Source: Macrostomum lignano
Lineage: Eukaryota
Length of the DNA: 64,000 bases
NCBI GenBank assembly: GCA_002269645.1
Contig: NIVC01002059.1
Location: 124,001 to 188,000 of the forward strand
Reading direction: 5' to 3'
Numbering within the stretch: the stretch's first letter is position 1; every line of letters starts with the position of its first letter. Made by a program: the position numbers and the translations under genes. This document shows positions 52,520 to 62,456 of this stretch, piece by piece. The notes under the pieces are model-generated. The model made no database searches, was not told the origin of the DNA, and saw only the letters and a list, made by a program, of their open reading frames with translations.

Positions 52520-52900
52520 ATGCCAATTATTTTCGAAAAAGACATTGACAAATACTATGACAAAGAGGAACTTAATCTCATTAAACGCGGATCTGGACTT
52601 TTCCCTGCAGGCCACTATCCAAGGAAAGAACGCTCAGGGAACGGTCTTGCCGATTTGATCGCTCAGGGGGCTAAGATTTTTAAGGTCATTGGAGAGAACA
52701 AAGAGAACATCAAGAACGTTGCCGAAGCGGCTGGCAGTGTAGCCACAGCAGCCAAAAAGATAAAGGATACGGTTAATGAAACCCGGAAATCAATACCAGA
52801 TATTCAACCCCTTGCACCGAGTGCAGATAGTGTCGATCCAGCCATCTACGCAAAGATGAGAGCTGAATATAAGAAAGGAGGCGGTTTTAAATTTGACTAA
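52520..52900 (+). CDS. Small basic virion core-like protein with putative protease cleavage sites
   Basis: ATG 52520 in AAAAAGATG context. Contains KRGSG, RSGNG and a terminal KKGGGF. Confidence 0.6.
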   Translation: MPIIFEKDIDKYYDKEELNLIKRGSGLFPAGHYPRKERSGNGLADLIAQGAKIFKVIGENKENIKNVAEAAGSVATAAKKIKDTVNETRKSIPDIQPLAPSADSVDPAIYAKMRAEYKKGGGFKFD

Positions 52901-53119
52901 TTTGGTGCACCCTGACGGTAAAAGAGGTGTGAGGGTGTAGGACTAGTCGGATGTAGGACTAGTCAAAAAAAGACACACACAACCCGAAAAAAAAGACACA
53001 CAACCCGAAAAAAAAAACACACACATCCCGCAAAGAGACACACACATACACATCCCGAAAAAAGACACACGCGTCTTAAATACACAAGTTTAAAAAGAAA
53101 AAGTTTTTTTACATAAAAA

Positions 53120-53920
53120 ATGGACTTCACAAACGACTTTCATCCCCACTGGACACGCAATCAGATAAAATTTGCTCACAACGAGATAATTCCAGGGCAC
53201 TTCCGATGCATTGTTGTTGGCTCATCTGGGTCAGGGAAAACCTTCAGAGTTTTTAACATGCTCCTCAGACCTGGATTCCTCGATTATGACACACTACATA
53301 TCTATTCACCCACTCTGTATCAAGATGAGTATAAAATGCTAGTAGCGGGCCTACAGAACAAACTCAACAAGGAAGATATTATTCAAAGTTTTAGACATCA
53401 AAAAGACCTCAACAGCAACCCGGAAGTTGTAGCCACTGAATACGCAAAGCACATCCCAGACAATGAAAAATGGCAAAACATTAAAGTTTTCACTTATGGA
53501 GATCCACAGATAGATCCTAAAACTAAACTCTTACCTCAACCTGATGAACTAGAAAAGGGGAGAAAGCACCTGATTGTCTTTGATGACTGCATGACCGGTC
53601 CCCAGAAACAGATAGAAAATTATTTCACCCGGGGTAGACATAATAATTGCAATGTTATTTACATTGCCCAAAACTGGTTTGAACTGCCAAATAAAACAAT
53701 TAGAGGTAACTGTAATTTGATTCTCCTTTTCCCAACCATACCACAGGATCGACTGAAACGATTTTATAATGAGGTCATTGCCCCAGCTCACATTACATAT
53801 CCAGCTAAGAACTCTAACAGAACAATATCACAGGAGGAATTTGTTAACATATGCTATGAAAAGTGGAACCAACCCTATCAGTTTGTCATGATTAATAAGG
53901 AGAAAAGAATTTTACTTTAA
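53120..53920 (+). CDS. A32/FtsK-like genome packaging ATPase
   Basis: Walker A GSSGSGKT, Walker B LIVFDD, RGRHNNCNVIYIAQ motif. Confidence 0.95.
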   Translation: MDFTNDFHPHWTRNQIKFAHNEIIPGHFRCIVVGSSGSGKTFRVFNMLLRPGFLDYDTLHIYSPTLYQDEYKMLVAGLQNKLNKEDIIQSFRHQKDLNSNPEVVATEYAKHIPDNEKWQNIKVFTYGDPQIDPKTKLLPQPDELEKGRKHLIVFDDCMTGPQKQIENYFTRGRHNNCNVIYIAQNWFELPNKTIRGNCNLILLFPTIPQDRLKRFYNEVIAPAHITYPAKNSNRTISQEEFVNICYEKWNQPYQFVMINKEKRILL

Positions 53921-53936
53921 TTTTTCATTTAAAAAA

Positions 53937-54815
53937 ATGTCAATAAATTTTGCAGGTGAGTCAACTACAGGCAACAGCACTCTCACAACTTCCTTCCTTG
54001 ACAAGCGCTACATTAACATTGATGAAGAGATCCCAGAGATCAAACTGAATAAAAACAGACTGAAAGCCCTGGAGCGCTCCATGCACCAGTTGCAAATCAA
54101 CATGGAAGATCTCAGGCTTAAAGTAGCTAGGCAGAAGTTTGAAAGTGATAAGCTTTATGCGCCGTTGTTAAACGCAACTAATGAACTAAGGTCAGAAATA
54201 ACTTCGATAGTCTCGCTAATCAACGGCTTGAGATCATCAGTTAATCTTCTGGGAAATTCCACTGATAGACGAATGCGTATTCTCGAAGGAGGAGTTTTCA
54301 CAAACACAGCTAAAGTGAATAATTTAGAAGAGTTCATGAACCAGTCAACAGCGTTGCATGATAGAATTAAAGAAAACGTCGCAACCAACACAGTTAAAGT
54401 CAATAATTTAGAAGAGTTCATGACTCAGTCAACATCGTTGCATGATAGAATTAAAGAAAACGTCGCAACCAACACAGTTAAAGTCAATAATTTAGAAGAG
54501 TTCATGACTCAGTCAACATCGTTGCATGATAGAATTAAAGAAAGACTTGATGCAATTAAAGTCTATTTAGATTTAATTTTTACCGAATGGCAGAAATCGT
54601 TGAGAAGAATCAGTCGTCTTGAGGGAGTACACAATCTTCCTGATATTGATACTGTTGAAGAGGCACCACAGACCACAAGGGAAATAAGTGATCCAACCGA
54701 CTTGACCACTGACCACAAATTTCGTGAGCCAACCAGTTTGACCACTAACCCAAAATTTCGTGAGCCAACCGGTTTGTTTGAGATCAAGTGTAGAATGGAG
54801 CGCATAGACAAATAA
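53937..54815 (+). CDS. Coiled-coil protein with 28-aa repeats, possible fibre/spike stalk
   Basis: Heptad pattern, with three 84-bp repeats starting at 54303, 54387 and 54471. Confidence 0.6.
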   Translation: MSINFAGESTTGNSTLTTSFLDKRYINIDEEIPEIKLNKNRLKALERSMHQLQINMEDLRLKVARQKFESDKLYAPLLNATNELRSEITSIVSLINGLRSSVNLLGNSTDRRMRILEGGVFTNTAKVNNLEEFMNQSTALHDRIKENVATNTVKVNNLEEFMTQSTSLHDRIKENVATNTVKVNNLEEFMTQSTSLHDRIKERLDAIKVYLDLIFTEWQKSLRRISRLEGVHNLPDIDTVEEAPQTTREISDPTDLTTDHKFREPTSLTTNPKFREPTGLFEIKCRMERIDK

Positions 54816-54928
54816 ATAGGTAGATTCGAAGAGACCTGCTGGCGCCAACTGCAGACGAAACAATCAAACGTAAAACAAATCTAACCACCACCAACGAGTT
54901 GTCAATTTTTTTAAAAAATTCTCTAAAA

Positions 54929-55648
54929 ATGGATGCTCAAAATTCTCTTTATGATCCGAATGCTCCCACAACACCTAGTGCACCTAGTGCACCCCAATAT
55001 GAGCAACAAAAACTCTACCCCGTCATTACTTGTAACTCTCAACAGTTTCGACTGGTGGAGATTCAAAAAATGCGAGATGATCTTGAAAAAAATATTTTCC
55101 ACAACACAAAGAAAATTAAGCGCTATGACAACCACTGTAAATTTTTCGACTACAGCAATATGATTCTAGGATCTGTGTCTGTTCTAACTGGATCTGCTGC
55201 GGCTGTCTCAGTGTTGCCAGCCATCACAGTCCCAATCGCAATTCCACTTGGTTCAGTAGGTGCTGCATGTGGACTTATTTCAGCAATTACTGGAGCAGTA
55301 GCGCGAAACAGGCGAAAAAAACTAAAGCAGCTACAGGAGAAGCAAGTAAAAGAGAAAGGAGTGCACACTTCAATCATAGGGTACATTTCAAGGGCAATCG
55401 AGGATAAGTTCATTTCAGAGGATGAGTTCAAAACCATTCAGGATCTTTATGAACAATCAATTCGAATGAACTTGAACATGGTCGGTACTGATGACATGAG
55501 TCAGCTGAAAAATGAACTCGAGAAAGTTTTTTCAACATTATGTGGAAAGAAAGTCGGCGAAAAATTCGGCAAGAAATTCGGCAAGAAGGACGACGAGGAA
55601 TGCACAATGAACCCTTATGAAACACAGCCAAGAATAATTTCCTTGTAG
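54929..55648 (+). CDS. Two-TM membrane protein of the type annotated as GasderminX-like in adintoviruses
   Basis: FRLVEIQKMRDDLE helix, glycine/alanine-rich hydrophobic hairpin, basic patch, then SRAIEDKFISEDEF. Confidence 0.6.
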   Translation: MDAQNSLYDPNAPTTPSAPSAPQYEQQKLYPVITCNSQQFRLVEIQKMRDDLEKNIFHNTKKIKRYDNHCKFFDYSNMILGSVSVLTGSAAAVSVLPAITVPIAIPLGSVGAACGLISAITGAVARNRRKKLKQLQEKQVKEKGVHTSIIGYISRAIEDKFISEDEFKTIQDLYEQSIRMNLNMVGTDDMSQLKNELEKVFSTLCGKKVGEKFGKKFGKKDDEECTMNPYETQPRIISL

Positions 55649-56017
55649 GTCTTTCGTGTTTTGGTCATTGCATACAAAACAGTCATGCACAGCTCACCGC
55701 AAATATCACTGCTAAGACCTTGGAGAATAAAGTCTGAGCGATAAATTTTTTGGATTATTTTTCCCCTTCATATAATTTCTTAGCTCTTCTGGTACTGCCG
55801 TCCCATAGCTATCGAAGTAATAACACTTGTGCTTGCGATCGGGATCAATCACCCAGCAAACCCAATGAGATCCTGGCTTATCGGTGGTGTCAAAGTTCAT
55901 GATGCCACATTCTTTTCTTAGAGGAAAATCAGGCAGAGTGTCCCTCATAAATATTCCTCTAAAGTTTGGGATTTCCAGTTCGTTAGCCAAATCTTCAAGA
56001 AAGTTATTTGTCATCAT
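55615..56017 (-). CDS. Adenain/Ulp1-like maturation cysteine protease, frameshifted at 55746-55751
   Basis: GSHWVC and YFDSYG lie in the first frame. IYRSDFILQGLSSDICGELC lies in the +1 frame, ending TAA at 55617-55615. Removing one base gives a 133-aa protein. Confidence 0.88.
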
Positions 56018-56089
56018 TTTTATGAGTTTTATTAAACTTTCTCTTAAACCTAAACCCAACCTCAACCTCCTAAACCCAACCTCAACCTC

Positions 56090-59000
56090 CTAAACCCAAT
56101 CTCCTAAACCTAATCTCCAGTGCCCGAACGGTAGACTGTTAATATTGTCATCAAAAATGAATCTCTTGTTATCTGCACCTGACAGTCCAATCTTCTTTTG
56201 CTGAATTGTGTGAATAATATGGTTTTTAGATTGTAGCTTTGAGAACTCATGTGATGTCTTTTTGTTACAATTCAAGGCGTCTCTGTATTCAGCTTCATTA
56301 AGTTCCTTCCTAACCACACGTTTCGGAATTCCCTTTGATTTTTTAATTGGGCCTGACGACTCACATTTTACAAAATAGGACTTTGCTCTCAACCCAATGA
56401 ATTCAGTGATTATGTCACCAGCAATCTCGTCCTTCATTTTCCCAATCACTTTCTTGTTAGTAGCGTCAAACACTTGATCGCCATTCTGTGTCCTGAAAGA
56501 TTCATCATACTCAGACAAGTCAAACAACTCTTTTTGCTGCAGCATGTCCTGATAAATGTCTTCTGTTTGAATATCCATAATAAAACTGTCTGTGTCAGTG
56601 TACAAGAGTTTCATTTTATCCTTGTACTGCTGCTTCATGCCATAGAAGAACTGGTACATCAGACGTTTTGATTCGTCGAGAACAGTGACACCTGTATAGA
56701 TCGGCTTGCGCAGCGTCACCTTGGTTTTGTAAAATATGATCACACCTAAGTAGCTATTAAAGATATGGAGTTCTTTGAATGTTGGCTTTGACATATTTGC
56801 CTGAATAACAGCAGGCTCTGATGAGGTAACAAGTTTCAGGTTTGTTCTTTTCCGCTCATTCTCAAGAGTCTTGCCATAGACAGAGTTGTTGGCTAACTTA
56901 AAGAGGTTCTTGTCAAAGTCGTTGGTTGCTTTGGTCCTAAACTGGGTGTTCTTATCAATGTAGGGTTTCATCCACGCTTCCTCTGTAAATGTAAGAGCCC
57001 TGTGAACTTTGGTGACCCTGCAACCAAGTGAGATAAAATACTGAAGCAGTTTGTAATGGATTTTGTAACGTGTCTTGTTGTTTAGATTCTGTGTTAGTTT
57101 CTCTGTATGTTCTTTTTCTGTTCCTGACAGGTGCCAAGTTCCATTATTATCATTGGGAGTTTCGATTATTTTCGGGCACTTGATGTTCTCTGGGAAGGGT
57201 GGAAAGTCAGAGAAATAGTCGTGAAGCTCTGGTGGAATGTAAACATCAACTCATAAATGGCAGCCAATGAAAAGTCCTGTTTGAATTCTGATGAGGGTAG
57301 CCATCGAAAATCTCTAACTGGAAGATCTTGACTCATCGCCCACCCGTAGAGATTATTAGCGTCCAAGTAAGTAATGTAGTTTGAGGGCTGCTCCTTATTG
57401 TAAGATTCAATGTAGGGATTGTTTGCTTTTGCATATGTGCAAATTGAGATCCCCCTCGCTTTGACGATTCGACAAAATTGTACATGTCAATGTCTGTAAG
57501 AAGTTCAATGTACCAATCTGGATCTTGATCCCATTTCATTTTAAGCAAAGATTCCCAGCTAGTGGCAGGCAGAGACACATAATGTGCTGGATCGAGGCCA
57601 TATGCTGTGTACCAGGTGTATCTGAAGGTTTCAAACACATCAGCCAGCAGAAACACATCTGTGTAGAGGTAAAGCAGGTGATACTGGAAGAAGTTTTGAC
57701 AATTAAAGTAATTATAGACATGCTTCGCGTGCTCATAGTCTTTGTCAGAGATTCCAGAGTCTGTTAGCTTTGAAAAGAACTTCTCCTGTGGTGGTAAACC
57801 TTCTTCAAATACGTGATACCCAGTAATATTTTCATAGGGGTAGAAGCCTTTGGTTCTCAGGAGTTTAAATGATTCATCACTGTTGTTAATTTTACTTGCA
57901 AACATCTTTGTATATGTACATTGTTCATCTTTTAGATTCTTGCTTAGTTCGTCTAGACTGGCAGCTAGAAATTGATATGAATCCTTCAGTCTTATTTTAC
58001 CTTTACCCGAATTATCCTGTTTAATATCAACACACTTAAACTTCTCCTTGTTCTCTGCGATGCAGTCAAGGTGTATGTCTGGAATCATGCCGATTTTTTC
58101 AACTATTAAATGCATGTCATAGTTCTTTGCGTTGTGACAAAATATCGTTAGATCATGAATGTTCGATTTTAGCTTTAGATTACAGGTGTTATGCGCTGCA
58201 CCTCTAAATTTCCCAGTAAAGTGGCAGTGGTCCCTAACGGTGGGGTTTTTAATATTAGTGCAAGTTAACTGTTTCCTGCAGATGTGGCAATGAGTTGCTG
58301 ATAGGAAATTACTTTCATCCTCCTCAGTCATCATTATTGGAACAGGTTGAAGGGTGCTAATCACTTTTGCAACTCTAACATTCTGGCAATAAACTGCTCC
58401 ACACACTGCTCTCCAAAGAAATAATTATACTCAACAAGTCCTTTTGTATTAATAAAGGCATATGCTACTGAATTGGGGACATGTTTTCGAGTTGGAGTTT
58501 GTTTTTGTGTTTGAGTTTGTTTTTGAGTTTCTGGCATGATTGAGCATTCGAAATCAGCATATACAACAAATGGGAGCTTCTCCATCTTGTGATAGTTCTT
58601 AAACCGGAGATACTTCTCTTCAGCTGAAGGAAGAGAGCAGTTTGTTGGGTGATCCTCGCATGATAATTCATGCTCTGCTAGTTTTTCAAAGCGTTCAGGT
58701 CCACTGTAATGCTTAAGGCACAAGCGGCAGATGGCAACAGCCTCGTGATGATTATTCAACTGCTTGTGAATGAGTCTTGAAAGATCTTTAATCCAAACAT
58801 AGTGAGCCTCCTCTAGTAAATTACCAATCACTAGAAGATCCACTTCAGTCCGCCTTTTCCCCTCAGGATCTAAAACGTCTTTGCTACATCTGACCGGTTG
58901 AACTTCTCAGTTTTTTCACTCCACTCAAAGACTGTGATTCTAATTTTGTTATTAAACACTTCTTCTAGCTTTGGGATCTGAGAGATCGCCAAGCCTCCTT

Positions 59001-59931
59001 TTTCAAACCTGATTCCCTTTTTTCGCATTCGATGAGATAGTAGTTGAAATAATTTTGATAATTTGAGGTTCTTTCGGGGTGGTGAGGGACACTATCATGA
59101 AGAAGTGCAGAAAGAACTGCCCATAGAGCACAGCAATTGTCTTTATTTTTAACATTTATGCAAGCTTTTTTGCCGGCTAGCTTATGCGGGAGCTCTATAT
59201 AAGAGGAGGCTTTAAGTGGGTCATATTTCATGACCATGACAGTCGCTCTTTGAATCCCTCCCACGACCCATCCGGAACCTCTGGATGTAAACGCTTCAAT
59301 TTTCTTAGTGACATCTTGAAGGAAAGGATCCAGTGTGTCAGTAGGGGTGAATGGCTTCGATTTTGTTGTCATGTAATACTCGAGATGCTCAGTGGGTTTT
59401 GCAGGCATATAAAACGCAATCTTGAATGATATCTGTAGTTTAAAGGTCTTGCGTGTTTTGAGTGTGTGATCAACAACTGATTGGATGCTGTCTTTATAGT
59501 CGTAGATGTTTGCGGTGGTATCCTTAATTGGGATTGTGTACTCTATGTAATGTTCTGTAAACTTCCTCTGTGCAAAATTAATCTCTTCAATGGCAAGCTC
59601 CGACTCTTTTAAATGGATTAATTGCTCTAATTTCTCTTGTTCCTGCTTATTTTGTGGGTACTTTGCTTTTTCACCAGTGAGAGTTTCGTATTTGTTAACT
59701 AAGTTGCGACTCCTCTCTTGGTGTTCCTTTGCAGATTTTTTATAGGCGCATACTGGTTGGATTCTAATTGATTGATGATTTCCAACTGTTTTTCATAGCT
59801 TCCCAGGTGACCAGGGTCGTGTTAAACGTTTGTTTACATGCTTCTCTTAGTAAATTACTTTTGTCTTGAAATGAGACGCCTTTTGAAAAATATTTGTTGA
59901 CTAAATCTCTTGCTGGATTGGCTTTTGGCAT
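56090..59931 (-). CDS. polB: Protein-primed family B DNA polymerase with inserted EndoVII-like domain, split by at least 6 single-base frameshifts (~1280 aa reconstructed)
   Basis: Motifs in order: SGW, SYIELP, HYVWIK, YADFE (ExoI), RDHCHFTGKFRGAAHNTCN, HNAKNYD (ExoII), YTDVFLL (ExoIII), DANNLYG, NSVYGK, YTDTDS. Confidence 0.93.
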
Positions 59932-60055
59932 TTTTTTCTCTAAAATAAAAAAAAATTTTGAGGGTGACCACCCTGATAGAAAAGTTGAACTGTTTCTACA
60001 TCCTATCAGTAGTATTAGGTTTATGAAGCTGGATAAAGTGGGGTTTTAAACCTCA

Positions 60056-60512
60056 TCACATGCGCATTATTGTAAACCCAGCATTGTGCAGTGTCATGAT
60101 GGCTTTGACAATGTCAGACTTGCTTACAGAATTTTCATGCTCAAAATCATCACGATCGGGCAGCCCTCAGGGCAACCATCTCCTGCCTTAATTGTTATAC
60201 CTTTATCTCTTGCAATCTTTTGCAATTCTAGCTGGTGGGCTCTATCATTCCCAGCTTTAACAGCAGTTGCTACACCTCCAGCTACACCACCTGCGGCACT
60301 TACAGCGCCTGCAATGATCGGAATAAGAGCTGCTAATGGTAGGATTCCTCCTGACTTTTCATCTGTGATACTGTGTCTTTGCTCATTACACTCAACTATT
60401 TGCTGTGTGGGATCAACCTTACTTTGATACCTTTAATTGAAATAAGACCTGGTTTCTTTGATTCAATGATTTTATTGAGTTTATTGATGGTTCTGGTTTC
60501 AATCTTTGTCAT
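60056..60512 (-). CDS. Adenovirus pX/mu-precursor-like (cupiennin-like) virion protein, two frameshifts, absent from the ORF track
   Basis: KSGGILPLAALIPIIAGAVSAAGGVAGGVATAVKAGNDRAHQLELQK. Adding one base near 60420 and one near 60159 gives a 152-aa ORF from AAAAAATG to TGA. Confidence 0.75.
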
Positions 60513-60528
60513 TTTTTATTTTAATATT

Positions 60529-61566
60529 TTAATTAATTTCCGTGTCAGCTGGTATCACTAAGAGTTCAGCTCTAGTGAATGACCGTGTGGGGGATTTAGT
60601 GTTAAAGGCCTGAGATAAAAAGTAATAGTCACCGGAGTCGGAGGTAAAATGTCTGTCTATTTTATGTACATCAAGGCTGAAGAATGGATCTGTAGCTCTT
60701 CTTTTAGTGTCCTTCTCTAGCTCTCCAGGTAGATATAAAAAGCGTAGAAACTCAGAGTTTGTCAGTATGTATGGTGATTCAACTCCTGGAAGCTTAGGGT
60801 AGTTCGAGGTGTGTTTTGTGTTGTGTGTGTTGTGTGGGGTTGTCGTGTTGTTGTCTGTTTTATGAGATGACTTAAGTTCGACAGTGTCTTGTTTAATTGC
60901 ATGGGACGGTTTCAATCCAGTCATACGTGTGACTTCATTGTTCAGTTGCTCTATAACAGTGGGGAGCCGGTCTGTCCATTTTGAATAGTACTGACCACTT
61001 TTTAGTTTCAGCTCCTCAGCTGTCTGCTTAGTGAATAGCCTCTTGGCTAGAGTTAGATTGAATCTCTCAACGTACGCTTGGTCTCTGTGCAAGTTTGTTC
61101 TGCCATAGCGAATCTCTGTATTGTGCTTTTCCATAAGGGATTTCACTGCACCCATGAATTCCTTACCCGGGTCGGTCATGAACATTTCAGGGTAACTAAG
61201 GGGTGAGTTTTTATAAATATCTTGCAGTGCGCTGGCAACAACCTCTGACTTCTTCGTCTTGAGTGGGCGAGCTTCCTTATATCTGGAAGCAACGTCTGTA
61301 ATTGTGAGAGCATACTTGTAGCCCGAGTCATTGGGGAGAAACAAAAGATCTGCTTGGTGCGCCTCATTAGGTTTATAAATACTGAAATGGGGCCTTTCAA
61401 ATTTTACTGGTGGGAAATAGACTTGAAAGACAGCCTGCTTAGAGAGCCACTTTTCTACTTTAGCTTTTGGTTCCTTACTTAGTTCTGCGAGTTTGGTGAC
61501 TGCATTTTTTCCTACAAAGAATCCTTTGTCGCTGTAGTAGAGTTTTTTAAGTTTCTGATCTGTCAT
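60529..61566 (-). CDS. Retroviral-type (rve) DDE integrase
   Basis: QADL, TDPGKEF and VERFNLTL catalytic motifs; intact 345-aa ORF. Confidence 0.95.
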   Translation of the reverse strand: MTDQKLKKLYYSDKGFFVGKNAVTKLAELSKEPKAKVEKWLSKQAVFQVYFPPVKFERPHFSIYKPNEAHQADLLFLPNDSGYKYALTITDVASRYKEARPLKTKKSEVVASALQDIYKNSPLSYPEMFMTDPGKEFMGAVKSLMEKHNTEIRYGRTNLHRDQAYVERFNLTLAKRLFTKQTAEELKLKSGQYYSKWTDRLPTVIEQLNNEVTRMTGLKPSHAIKQDTVELKSSHKTDNNTTTPHNTHNTKHTSNYPKLPGVESPYILTNSEFLRFLYLPGELEKDTKRRATDPFFSLDVHKIDRHFTSDSGDYYFLSQAFNTKSPTRSFTRAELLVIPADTEIN

Positions 61567-61596
61567 TTATTTAAAAAGAAAATTTTAAATAAAATA

Positions 61597-62046
61597 ATGC
61601 AACACTATGGTGGTAAGTTAGATTCACATGGACTGATAGAAAAGCTTCCTCATCCAAACAAAGGCTGGACACTTCCCGGCTATAAATATTGCGGGCCTTT
61701 GAATCCACTTGAAATACAGTTAGATACAAACGATAATCCAAATCCTGGGCATGAGCCTGTGAACGAGCTAGACTCTGTCTGCATGTGGCACGACGTTAAA
61801 TATAGAGATTTTCCTGAGGAGAAGAATCGCTGGGACAAAGAAATGCTTAGGAGACTCGACAATATGGGGATTTCAAGCGGATTTCGTGAGTCGATTGCTC
61901 GGAAATTAGTCAAGGCGGTTATTTTTTGTAAGAAAAAGCTGGGGTTGGGGATCGACGGCGAGGGTGGGGTGGGCTTTGCATTGCATGCGCCAAGTAAAGA
62001 ACTAGGAATACTGCTGAAAGAGCTGGGGGTTGAGAGAGCAGAATGA
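61597..62046 (+). CDS. Parvovirus VP1u-type phospholipase A2 (PLA2X-like)
   Basis: LPGYKYCGPLN calcium-binding loop, LDSVCMWHDVKY catalytic HD, and downstream D in RWDKEM. Confidence 0.9.
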   Translation: MQHYGGKLDSHGLIEKLPHPNKGWTLPGYKYCGPLNPLEIQLDTNDNPNPGHEPVNELDSVCMWHDVKYRDFPEEKNRWDKEMLRRLDNMGISSGFRESIARKLVKAVIFCKKKLGLGIDGEGGVGFALHAPSKELGILLKELGVERAE

Positions 62047-62104
62047 TTCAAGCAAGAAAATTCAAGAGAAACTTTTTAAGAAAATAACAGCAAAAGAAAA
62101 ATAA

Positions 62105-62228
62105 ATGGATGACATGATATACTTTTGAGCAGCAGTTAGTTTCCCAAATTTGGTACTCACACAGGCTGCCACTCGAAGGCCGCTGCTACAGCCCGCGCAT
62201 CTTTAAAAGAAGAAAAAAAGTAACTTGA
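62105..62228 (+). CDS. Possible ~40-aa viral ORF with one frameshift
   Basis: AAATAAATG start; MDDMI then, after a shift, TFEQQLVSQIWYSHRLPLEGRCYSPRIFKRRKKVT*. Confidence 0.2.
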
Positions 62229-62456
62229 TATTAGCAATCTCCTTACTTTCTTTTTCCTTTTAAAGATGGAAAAAAATTAACTTGTCTGAAACAAGAAAGA
62301 GAAGATTTAGAGAAGAAGAGAAGAGAAGAGAGGAGAAGAAGAAGAAGAAGAAGAAGAAGAAGAAGATTTAGAGAAGATGAGAATTATCTTCTTATTATTA
62401 AGAAGATAAAGAAAAGAAAAGTTATATTTATGTACTATTTTTACTATTTTTATTTA

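Noticed and set aside
55746-55752. Programmed -1 ribosomal frameshift in the protease
   Set aside because: The heptamer looks slippery, but the catalytic Cys is in the +1 frame; a -1 shift gives an unrelated sequence.
56018-56110. MRLGLGLR N-terminal extension of the protease
   Set aside because: Comes from a short CCTAAACCCAACCTCAACCT repeat after the PolB end; ATG 56017 has the element's typical start context.
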